Origin: Bigelowiella natans CCMP2755
Taxonomy: Eukaryota > Protista > Cercozoa
Assembly: GCA_000320545.1 (NCBI GenBank)
Contig: ADNK01001699.1
Coordinates: 62,001-126,000 of the forward strand
Direction: 5' to 3'
Length of the DNA: 64,000 bases
The notes beneath the pieces were generated by a model. That model saw only the letters and a program-made list of their open reading frames with translations. It did not search any database and was not told the DNA's origin. Shown here piece after piece: positions 15,746 through 28,200 of this stretch. The first letter of the stretch is position 1. Each line of letters begins with the position of its first letter. Position numbers and translations under genes: made by a program.

Positions 15746-17021
15746 TATTGTATGGTATCCTCTTTCACCACTAGCTAATTCTTCTTCCTAGAAATAATCT
15801 ATTTGATCAATCAGCATACTTCTTCTAGAAATAATCTGTTTGATAATTCAGCATGCAGCAGCACACCTCCATCAAGTCCTTGCATTGCAATTTTGAAACC
15901 CATTCCTACCATCCCAAGCATGTTTTCCTTCGGTACTTTACAGTTCTCTAGAATCACTGTACGCATTATTATGTGTATAATATAATATAATAAGAGAGGA
16001 AAGTAAGTACGGATGATAGCATCATTTTGATTAGATATCAACACTATCCCAATATATACTACAACAACAACAACAACTACTACTACTACTACTACTTCGG
16101 TCTTATAATATTTTGATCACACGTCATCACTCACTACCACTTGTTCTTCTACCTCAGCATCATCATAATAAATGTAGTGTTGTTACCAGGCGCGGTTGGT
16201 TGGGAATTCCATCCAAGTTTGTCAAGTTGGGAACCGTAGGAGATACCTTCAGACCTATGTAGCAGTAGTAGTAGTAGCAGTAGTAGTAATATGTGCATCA
16301 TCAGTCGTATAATGAATGTATCTTCAGATCTATGATGTAGTAGTAGTAGTAGTAGTAGTAGTATGATGTGCATCATCAGTCGTATAATCTAATGACGATG
16401 AAAATGTTGTATATACTAGAAGAAGGAGGGGGAGGAGAAGGAGGAGAGGTAACTATTCCTCTTTTTCCTCGTTAAAGAAGATAGATGATGGATCACTAAG
16501 TATCACTGGTTCTTGATTAATACCCATTCATTCTTACTACACAATGTTGATGATTACTCTTTGGGGACAATAAAGCAGCTTATCCCTTTAGGCCCTGAGC
16601 CTCCTGTAAAATGACACATTACTATTATTTCCAACAATAACAAGAACAAGAACAAGAAGATAGATGTGCGACAACAACCACAACAACAGCAGCCATAGCG
16701 AGCAAATCATGAACTAGGAAGAACCTGTACTTTACACTAATATTAATACCGAAAATGATCATCATCACCTGTACGTGCCATGATAAGATAAACATCGCTT
16801 CTTCCTCCCCCACTGATGAAAGCCTTTTCACCCGTTAAATAGTACATATCTCCCCGCAATTCCTTAGGAAGACAATGAATGAAGGATCGAATTGTGTGGT
16901 CATCAAGATAATGCTAACAACCCTAATGCTGCAAGTACAATCAAACACTAGCATTTTACTACTTACTAGTTGAAGTTTGACTTGTGTGTGAGTATGTTCC
17001 CATCACACACACACAAACACA

Positions 17022-17059
<38 letters not shown>

Positions 17060-17414
17060 TTTACACGTAGTCACAAGCGAAAACAACAACAACAACAACA
17101 AGTCGTAAGCAGCAGCAGGTTGTAGTTCTAATGATATATTACTACTTTGGTTCCTTCCTACGTACCTACCTAGCTACATAATAATCTAGCTATCTACCTA
17201 CCGCTTTAGTTTGAAGACTAGAAGCATCAGAACCACTACCTTGAATCAACAAACAATAGGACAACCAAACAACTACTTTGCTTGCTTGCTTGTGGTGACT
17301 ACTACTGTGCCATCTGGCAGGGGGGGGGGAGGGGAAGGGGGATAGTAGGCCAGTGCTAGATAGTAGTAGTATTTAGCAGCAGTGCTAGTAAATGTAGTCG
17401 GTAGGCACAGTAGC

Positions 17415-17448
<34 letters not shown>

Positions 17449-17498
17449 CCGGTGGTATCTTCTGTATTTTTCATTATTATTATATATTAAATATATGC

Positions 17499-17537
<39 letters not shown>

Positions 17538-18250
17538 GTGTACAGTGTGAGATCTATACGTCTAAATAGTAACCAATCAACAGCAGCAAATAATGTATGT
17601 TCATTCATTAATCCAGAATAGTAGCAAGTAGCAGCTTTCATGCTTTCTCTCCATGGCAAAATTTATATAATTTATATATAACCTGGTTCCGTGAGGCAAT
17701 ACGAAGCAAATTTTTCCATAGAACACAATTCAGGTAACCATCTGTAAGTTAGTAATAGTAATAATAATAATAATGCTGTGCGCGAGTGGTTGAATGGATA
17801 GATAGATGATAAGAGCACATTATTACGAATGATAAATGAACAATCAATGGATAGCACAGTAATAATAATAATAATAATAGTGCTGTAAATAAATGCATGA
17901 TTAATGGATAGCAAACATAATACCCCCACCAAGTACTACATTATTACTATTGTCTGTCACATTATGATCTATCATTATAATCCAAGTTGTATTATACTGT
18001 TTTCTTTGTTCTTCAGTCCCAAATTCGTCGATCATCCAACAGCACATATTATGGATTGTAAGATATGCTGTTGTAGATACGCATCCCCGTGCTAAAGCCT
18101 GATTATAATAATAATTATTATTATTATTGTTTAAATCATAATCATGATGAGACATATTTCAGGGCTGTAGTAGTATTTAACCGAACATACCGAACATACA
18201 CTCTCAAACAACACTACATCGGCACTAAATTATATATTGATGATAAGTGA

Positions 18251-18293
<43 letters not shown>

Positions 18294-18373
18294 TCACGCA
18301 ATTCTTAAGCAATAAATACGTATTTAAATACAATGTGTCATAGAAACGATAGCTATATGTGTGTGTTATGTTG

Positions 18374-18412
<39 letters not shown>

Positions 18413-18697
18413 TCAAAGATTATTGCAGCATCCTTTCTACCCAATCCACTTCCTCCAACGTCATCTTTCACGTAAACACCACCAAACCCCAAAGATGCAG
18501 CCTGGTGATAATAATAAATAATAAGCATGAGAGAGGGTATTATTATAAATGGATGAAGATCGATCGATCGTATGGCTGCTGCGTTGTTTCTGAACTGATA
18601 GTACTTGTTGTAATTGTGTGTAAGACACATAGGTAATAAGCACCTCTTGAAGAACATCAGAAGGAAATATTTTTTGTTGGTCCCACCTGTTACCAAG

Positions 18698-18740
<43 letters not shown>

Positions 18741-18918
18741 TTACTACTACTACTACTACTACTACTACTGTGAATAATAATAAATAGCAATGGAAGAAAG
18801 TTCATGATGGATGAGTCAATACTGTGAATAGTAATAAATAGCAATGGAAGAAAGTTCATGATGGATGAATCAATAATGACACGCTGTTGGCCAATCATTC
18901 ATCATCATAGTTATTATT

Positions 18919-18951
<33 letters not shown>

Positions 18952-19450
18952 AACTATGGTCAATCTTGTTGTTGATAAATCGATGGACATGTAGTGATAG
19001 TAGTAGTAGTAGTAGTACTTGTGTGCATGAGGTAATATCTCTTTGCGTGAAAAGTCTGTCGCCACTTGTTGGAAAGCGACCTGCTCCTCATTTAAACCAA
19101 CAGTATCTAATTTCACCAAGTTCAGCAGGAGGGAAGGCAGTTGCAGCAAGTTCAGGAGGAGGGGAGGCAATTGCAGTGAATGTTTGTTGTTACAATAAAG
19201 TGATCTGTGTCATCATCATCATCATCACCACCACCACCACCACAACCATTCAAATTGCAGTGATATATGTTACTACAGCTTTTGTAAACGACGCTGCTGC
19301 TTCTTCTTCTACATATTAAGATTATGTTAACGGTTTGGCCTCACAGTCGATATTCGTAGCCATAAGTCTCTTATTTTGCAGCAGCAATGAGTGACTGGAT
19401 GTTATCCTAGCAGTGCAAGCTGCTATGCTCCCAAAATGACGAATGAGCAT
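14552..19450 (-). CDS. ACAD8: Mitochondrial acyl-CoA dehydrogenase, isobutyryl-CoA dehydrogenase-like, multi-exon
   Basis: N-terminus resembles a mitochondrial presequence ([15 protein letters not shown]...). Exons give [140 protein letters not shown] and [30 protein letters not shown]; stop at 14552-14554. Confidence 0.93.
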
Positions 19451-19822
19451 AATTCTATAATTAGTCTGCAAAAATGAGTGTGAAGAGACGAACAAGCATG
19501 ATCCTGTCATCTTCTAAGTGAATGTCACAGCGAAATTGGTGAATAAGCTTAATTTTGTATCTCCATGATTGAACGAATGATTGTAAAATCAAAATACATC
19601 GGCATGAATCATCTGTGGGTGGGTGATTCTAGTGATAGGAACTAGTATTGCCGATGGTGTACAACTTGTTCTTCTTCTTCTTCGTCTTCTTTTTCTTACT
19701 CTTCTTCTTCCGACAACTTCGTAGCGACGCAGCAGCCCGATGATGAATGGTGAATATTAGAACTGGCAGTAGTTGTAGTAGTATTCAATAGTATATCGAT
19801 CGATGATCTACACTCCCCCCTC

Positions 19823-19902
<80 letters not shown>

Positions 19903-20511
19903 TAGTAGTGTTCGATAGTAGATCAATCGATGATCTACACTTCGTCCCTCGGGGGGAAATGGTGGATGATACCAGGGCTGCTGGATCGATATAGATCTAC
20001 AAATTGTTTAAAATTCTTATTACTGGTATTCATATAATAATTGTAATAAAAACTAGTTGTCTCAAGCCAAGAAAGCCATGGATTTATGATCATTCTGCAC
20101 AAAATAGATGGAAGTGGTACCCAAAATGAACAAAGATCCCCTACATAGATACTTGAAAATATCGATAGAGTATTGTCGCACGTATGGGCTAATAAATATC
20201 GAATGTATATCGAATAATGTGACAAATGAGGATGATTTCAATGATTATTTATTTTCTGAATTTAAGAGGAAGATGGTTTATATTATTATGTTTTAGAGTT
20301 TATAGGAAATTATCGGTGTAAATTCTGTTCTTGCAATAATGGGCAGCTGCTGTAGTTTTAACTCGACCAGTATGGTAAACCGAATGCTTTTGACAAGGAC
20401 GACAATCATTTTCCTGTCTTAAGCCGTAAAACGTCGATATCCGCAGAAACCTCGCTCCGTTCCCCCCCGGATAATCATACGAAAATCTATCAGCACGTTT
20501 AAAGATCTGCT

Positions 20512-23244
20512 ATGAACGACAACGGGGGAGAAGGAAGAACGCTCGATGAGGTTCAGAATGCTGTCCTCTTAGCTCTTAAAGAAGGAATCCAATCAAAGGA
20601 CACACAAAAACTTGAAAAGGCGTTAAACAGAGCAGAAGAATTAAATGTTGAAGAAGACGATCTAGTGAATGAGGCTCGAAAGATGTTAAAAAAAATGCAT
20701 GAATCCAAGGATGGCAATAGCTACGAGTTGAAGAAACAGAGACCTGGGGTACTATCTTTCCTTAAAAACTCTCATTGCTGGAACTGTGTGGCACTATTTT
20801 TCTCCTCCCTCCCCCCTCCCTGGCAACAATTGAATAAAGGCACTCAACAAATCATTGAAACTTCTAGTTTTCCTTAGACTTCTATTTTTTCCTTAGTCGA
20901 CAAATGAAGCGCCCGAAAACACTTTAGCAAGGGAATTGGCTAAGGACCAACAAGATAATGAAGAATTCCACAATGAAAATAAGTCTTTGCAGGTGCGTCG
21001 TCGTCATCATCCGAGAGTACGTACGTTGCACCCTTTCCTTGACTAGGACATCGGATAGATTTTCTATTTCTATATAACGACAAGAATAAGTGCTACTGGC
21101 AGCTGTGGGGGACAGACACTTGTGGTAAATAATAACGTTATTTTTTGTACAGCTGTTGCTTCAAGATCGAGAGGCCGCTTTAGCTGACGAGTTGGCTGGC
21201 CTATCACCAGAAAATAGGAAAAAACTACTCACATTGGATCAGCATGCTGCGGATTTGTTGGCAAAGGTTGAGCCTTGATGACTGGTGTACAACATATAGG
21301 AGAGATATGACTTGAGTACAACAACATATGGAGATGTGAAGAAGCAGAGTTGATTGTAATAAACAAATTGGGTTAATTACTACTATTTCGGCGGCATGGA
21401 TGGATGAATAGGGACAAAACGATCAACATGCAGCAATTGAGGCGATGGAAATGGGGCTGGTCTTTCGTCGAAGCAACTTTGGCCTCAATAGCGTGCAGGT
21501 AAGGAGGAGGAGCATGGAAGAACAAACAACAACCGTTGTGTGGTGGTGGTGGTGGTGATGATGTAGAAGGGGTAATAATGGCACACACTCATTTTTGCAG
21601 TATTACATTCGCATTTCGTCCTCCCCCGCATGCACTTCTTCTTCTTCTTCTTCTTCTTCGAGAATAATAATAATAATATATTGTGGGTCACCTTTCATGA
21701 TGCCTCCTCAAGGGAAGGAGATACATGCCAGTCTTCAATTTAATTATAAAAGCATTATACAACAACAACAAATATTCACATATGAATTGCTGTTGTTGTT
21801 ATTACTTACTTTTTGAAATATAAACGATGATGGCGAACCCTCCCCTCCTGCTGCATCATCATCATCATCATCATTATCAGGTATACGTGTATAGGGAAAA
21901 GCTGGCAAAGGAATATAATCGGATGAGCGTAATTCTGATGGAAGAATCCAACAACTTTGCTCTATGCGCGGAATACTTAGAAAAGGCCCAAATTCTGGGA
22001 GAATTATATCCAGAAGTGGTTGCAGTGACGTACAATAATCTTGCATGCTTCTTTAGAAAGAAGGGGCAGCACAGAACAGCATTGAATTATTTACAAGAAG
22101 CACTTAATGTTGAGAAGACACTTGCTGATTCTCCAATCAACATTTCTGATACGCACTTGAATCTATGCACGGTAGTAGTAAGTAGTACTAATTGCTACGA
22201 GTAATTAGTTGTACGATCACAGTATACATACACAATATATATGAGGGTATAATAACAGAAATAAATAATATAATGTTGGGAGGGAACATACCATTAATAA
22301 CATCTAGAGTAATAGTAGTAGTATCATCAAGGGACGTTGTTGATGCTGCTCATCTCTATTACTGTATCTCTCTCTTTCTTTCCACTTCTCTCCTCACTAA
22401 TATGTTTCTTCTCTTCGTACGTAACAAATGCAATAAATGTCTTCATTCGTTGCTCTGCTGGCTGAAGGTTTATTCCGAGCTTAAGAAGCACAAAGAGGCG
22501 CAATTTCATATAAAGATGGCCATACGGTGGGTCGTTGTGTGACTAATAGATTAATAATGAAATTCAAACTATGATAATCGTGATTTTAATGATACGTGCT
22601 GCATACTAGTCATCAAACGAAGAAGAAGAAGAAGAAGAAGAAGAAGAAAGGACTACCATGAACACATCATGTTTCGTGTCGCGCATTAAAAGTACAGACA
22701 AACAACGTGGAGGGGGGGGACAAGGACAACGATTATCTTGCCCTTGAAGCAAATAAATACACCAATATCATACAAAAGAACAATTTGTTGAAATAAAAAC
22801 TAGACATTTGCAACTGGAGCTCTTCGGTAGAGTGCTTGGAACTTTTGAGGATCCTACTGAAGTCGAGGTAGTAGTAGTAATAGTAGTAGTAATAGTAGTA
22901 GTATGAAATATGATAATGATGCTTCATAGCAAGTGAAAAGAGGATGATGATGAGGATGAGCAGTGTATTATCATTCATTCATTTGTTCATTGTTGTTTCT
23001 TCTTCCTAATGTCATCGTCATCGATTTACAATCAACTCAGATGAAAAACGACAGTGTAGAAGAAGGCCGGGTGATAACATACGGTGTTGCACTGTTCAAT
23101 CTTGCCGTTCAGCTTGAATTCTTAGGCAAATGGGAACAGGTGATACTACTTTCAATCCAATACCATGCATTTACTCCTTCAATCATTTTTCTGCTGATTT
23201 GATGAGCATTTGTGGCATTTTGTTGTTGTTGTTGTTGTTGTTGT

Positions 23245-23279
<35 letters not shown>

Positions 23280-23792
23280 TTAAACAAACACGATGACATT
23301 TACACTATTCAGAGAAGCTGCTAGAGAAAAAAAGCAGCAGGCTTTTTTTGTTTATTATTTTTTCTCACCTCTTTGTTGTTGTTGTTGTTGTTGATTCAAC
23401 CTTATGAATCAATACTTCGCAAATATTATTATCATAAAAATAATTTATGCAGAGTATGGACTCTTACGATAAAGCTTCCACCTTTGCTCGCTTTCACAAT
23501 CTTCCAGAGCAAATACGACAGACAATAAAGGTTAGAAGTGATTGAATTCCACAAACAAAATACTAATAATATGACCTAATAAAGCACACATCTGAAACCA
23601 TAGAAATACATTCTACTACTGATCAGAATGCACGGACCGCAGCATATCCGAAATTGCAAAGAAAGATATCAAAAGAGAAGTAAGTGTCCTCTTCCTCCGT
23701 AAAAGTGTATACTAATACGCAGAAATATATTATGTGGTTATAGAGAGAGTTACTCAAATACCAAGGAACACAAACAACAACGATATGATATA

Positions 23793-23828
<36 letters not shown>

Positions 23829-23842
23829 GCATATATTATTTA

Positions 23843-23878
<36 letters not shown>

Positions 23879-24157
23879 TGTGTGTGTTTCTTTGCGTATT
23901 GATGAAAAAAAGATACGTTCATTGGTGAATAATTGATAGTGTCGTTGATCGATCCTCTATGTAATTATTGCAGAAATATCGTGCATGTGCGTGAGCAAAG
24001 GGAAATGGCGTTGACGATCTCCAGAGCTAGAACACCAATGAGTAAAAAAAGGCTGCAGACGGCAAGCAAAGCGAAAAGGTCGCCATCTAACATAACCGTT
24101 GATATCGAAGCGAAGCTTCGACAATGGTCTATGTACGACAAAGCTAGTAGGAAGTAG
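20512..24157 (+). CDS. Tetratricopeptide-repeat protein (kinesin-light-chain-like TPRs), about 10 exons
   Basis: TPR consensus segments AVTYNNLACFFRKKGQHRTALNYLQEAL, DTHLNLCTVYSELKKHKEAQFHIKMAI and GVALFNLAVQLEFLGKWEQSMDSYDKA in GT-AG exons; coiled-coil N-terminal exon from ATG 20512. Confidence 0.8.
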
Positions 24158-25285
24158 TAGCATCATATTGGCAGGTTTAGCTGAAATTTTTGCATTAAAA
24201 TACGTAAATGCAACCTTGGAATAGCCGATCAATGTAAAGTTCTGCACTTATTATCCATTCAAATTCTACTGATATCTTACGATGCACTCTATGGGGAAAA
24301 TGGCTTACACGCCCTGGCATACCTCTGGTGAAACCATGTTCATGTGCGAAGCCTTGAACAAAAGTTCCGCGCGGGATGTCGGCTCGCCAAATAACATTTT
24401 CGAATGCCTGCTAATCGCTACCTAGATCGCCTCTCGCGATGAACACTTTAATATGGTTAGAAACTTTGTCGTCCGGCCTGGCTAGCCGGATCAACTTACT
24501 TCAATGAACACTGTGAATGTTTTACTGAAATCCATGGACCAGTGGACAGCCCTTCCAGCTAGCTAGTTGTCCTGCTGCGCCCTTGTGAGTGGCGGCGCTA
24601 AATAGCGTCTAGCCTCAAATTCGAAGTCATTTTCTGAAGCGTGCTAGCTTGCACTTGTGTATATGCTAGCATGTGATCATTCGCATGGCCACACACTATT
24701 GGCATGTGTGCGCGCTCTAGCACTTGAAGTTTGCGTCCACAACATTCTATTAAGATGCAATGACGAAGCGCAATGCTAGAGTGGTGCACATGCTGGCTCA
24801 GAAATGATGTTTTGCGCCGCGCTAGCTAGGCAGCTATGCTAGCGCACATTTTCATGTTCCATTTTTATTTCAATCATTGCTATTTCACATTGCCACAAAA
24901 ATAAAATTTTTAGCGCCACACGTGAACCCCCATCAATTTCCGCATATTCCAGCCACTCTTAGATTCATGTGTAATTCGCGCGTGCGTAGGTGTTTTATGC
25001 AAAGGCTAGAAGGGCTTCAAATTCGGTTGCGCAGTTTGTCATTTCTAGCATTTGCCAAAATCCTTGTATTAATTTTCAGAACGCTCAAAAGCACACTTTT
25101 GCTGAATGTTGATACGTACTTATTCGCCTTTGAACTAGCTAGTTTGAGCCTCTCTTGCTATGCAAACCTGACTGGTGCCCCTGGACATTTGGGTTGTGCC
25201 ATTCTAGCATTGTCATCATTTGTTCAAGAATATTTTGAGCAGATATTCAGTGCAGAATGTAGATAGCGAACTATAAGTACAACCT

Positions 25286-28200
25286 TTACTCAAAGAAACT
25301 ATCGATTTCATCGTCACTAAGTGTATTATCTTCTACTCGAGTGCCTGATGAAATGCCTCCATCAGCGTCAACGGAGCCGCAATTCTGCATCGCCCAGGTG
25401 ATCTTCTTAACCATGACGTCTAATGTCGTATACTTTGGGAGTTCAATCGAGAAGCCGCAAGTATGAGCGATTGGAAACCATCCATCAGGATTACCGGCGG
25501 ACCTGCTATGCCCAGTTATGTAAAATCTCTGTGAGAAATCAGACGCGCTTGTAGGCAGCCTTGATCGTCCCCAAACAAACGCTATGAATTGCGAACGCTG
25601 CTCGTCGTTGAAGACATCGCGCATCATTTTCCAGAAGTTCTTAATACATTGGTCTGTCTTTTGGTGACCAGAATAGTTGGTCATTCTCTCCAGAAGGTCA
25701 CAGTCTCCTCGAGTCATTCCCCTCCCACATACTTGAATCATTATTTCCTTCCACGTGAACAACGAAGTAAATTGCAATGGTACCACCTAAATATGACGAC
25801 GACGACGACGATGACGCATATCGATATTAGAGATTTAGATAAATATTGTTGTTTCAGGAATTTGAAACGAAGAGAGCGTAGACTGACAATAGTATAAATA
25901 ATGCAATCCCTTCCATATCTACTACGTACGACGACTATGCGGAATTTTTGGTTATTGTCTTGATAACATCATATTTCTTCTCACCTCTGCAAGGCCCTTT
26001 CGGATTGCTTTTACTTGCACATCGAATTCATTGATGCGGAAATTTAAGAGCAGCTTCATATATTCATTCCTGTTTGCCCATGAAAGTTGCTTGTTTGCAC
26101 CATCTCGACATAATTCAACCTTTTTCCCATCGGAACCCGAAATCTGCATGATTTACAAAAAATAAAAATCAAATTTATGATCGGTTGGACAACGGACGAT
26201 ACATGACGTGACTAAAATAAAATCTGATAATGATGATGATGATGTGTTCTTCAAATTACTACCCACCTCGAAAAAGATGCCTTCCATCTGTTTGTCAAAT
26301 AGTTCTGGTGAAGGTTTAGCTTTCTCTATGGATTTGATCTTATCGAATGTCTTAAAGCACATTTTATCAATGGCTTCTATATCCGAGGCCCCGACATGGT
26401 CATTGATGATTGGCTTCCATACAACGGAGGTAAAGTTTAAGGGAAGTAAGTTACGACTTCGTATGGCCATTCCCATCAGCCTCCCAAGAAATTGGAACAT
26501 TCCAAGATGATGAGGTTGCTTAGAACTTGGCCGAGGTACAACCGCATGTCTATTCTCACCCAGTTTGTTTTTGTTGTTAGGTGACTTCATGAACAAAGGC
26601 AGTGCTGGAGACTCAACCTCCTTGCATATCTTGTCTAATGCGTCACGATACGGCCCACCTGCGTCAGCCGTGTGGAATCCAACGTACGCAACAACAAAAG
26701 CGCGTTGGTTTGGAGGGATCTTCCACATGTTATCGACATTCTTGTCCTTTGTCTGCTGGTACAATTGGCCGAAAAGCGAAATACGGCCCTTATGATCCGT
26801 TTTACGATTTTCAAAGAGCTTCCTGGCACCTATCTGGTCAAGCGATATACTCGGATTCGTACGGCTCTTTGACATGGTATCACGTAGCCCTCGGTCCCAC
26901 ATTTGCTTCTTCATGGCCCACAAGATCAAAGACCGCGAATTTCGAATATTTTGAGCCATACTCGAGTAACCCTTCGGGGCATTCATGTCAACAAGAGGCA
27001 TGATTGTTTCCACAGTTTTGTTAAACTTGATAAGCATGCTGTACCTTGCCATCAAAGATAAAGAGCCATACTCGTACTTAGTCAAGTGAGCATTGGAAGT
27101 CAGAACAGTTTGATTAAGTTCTGATATGAACTTCAAATCGTCAGGCAACCCGTTTTTCTCGGAGTACTCGTTAAGAAGGGAGACTAGGACGAAGTCGGCT
27201 TGTTTAGTGAACATACACGTCAGCAATTTGTAAGGACTGATCGGAAGCTTTGCCTGATCCAACTTATCTTCCTTAGGTGCGAATCCCATGACTTTAACTT
27301 GGTTTAGCACTAGAGGTATCTTTGCCTTCGACAGCTGTATACGCACGAATCTCGTTGTAGGAGCCTTCTGAAGATCAAAGCGAAGGAACTGCTTCTCATT
27401 GTTGCCATCCTTACTGCTTTTTGAAGAGGAAGATAATAATGCCGACTTTTGTTTGGCCATTGCTACCTTGACCTCACGTGGGTAATCATCTTCTTTCCGT
27501 TCTCCTTCAACATGTATAGTCTCAACCTTCAAATCATCCACCTGCACCTCTTTCTCTTCCATCTTTACCTGTACAATACCATTGCAACGAGATCCACTCA
27601 TATTCAATCCTATAATTTCATATCCAGGTTTTGCTGCGTATTCATTCGATGTACTCGCAGAGTTAAAGTTTGATCCTGCGATAAGAATCTCACGGCCTAA
27701 GCTTGTTGTGAATTTGATGCCACTGCCGATGTAGCTATTTCGAGTTTTGTGTAGAACTATCGTTATATACTCTCCCTTTTTTAATTTGAAATGGGGTTTT
27801 GCGTTCCCTCCTTGACGCCCGTACTTATTTCTTGTTGTTTTGCTTACAAATACGAGATGGTCAAGTTCTGCTCCGGCCCACCCTTCAACTCTTATCATTT
27901 TGGGAATGAACTCTTTCACTGTTTTCTTTCCTTGAATAGCCTTGACCGAAGCATAATATTTAGCTTCTTTTTGGGCTTCTGCAAGATCGATGGACTGGAA
28001 TGGCTTGTTGGAACATAAGATGTTGTACCACGGTGGCAATGGAGGAGGAGCAGACTTCTTCTTCTCCTCCTCCTTGTTGTCCTCTTTTCCTTCTTCTTCC
28101 TTTTCTACAAAGAAGGAAACCCGAATGTCGTAGAGGTGGTACTCTTTCCCCAAGTCAACCTCCCAGAACGAAGAATGCCCTCCTTCTCCTCCTTCCTTAG

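Larger units (their letters stand above)
1..23900. repeat. Dense intronic microsatellites: (TA)n, (GA)n, (GT)n, (TAG)n, (CAT)n, (CAA)n, (GAA)n
   Basis: Dozens of tracts, e.g. (TA)n 845-884, 10416-10468, 11463-11508; (TAG)n 19824-19900; (GT)n/(GA)n 2129-2219. Confidence 0.95.

Noticed and set aside
1-24000. Many 60-150 aa ORFs with homopolymeric or [12 protein letters not shown] runs
   Set aside because: Translations of intronic microsatellites.
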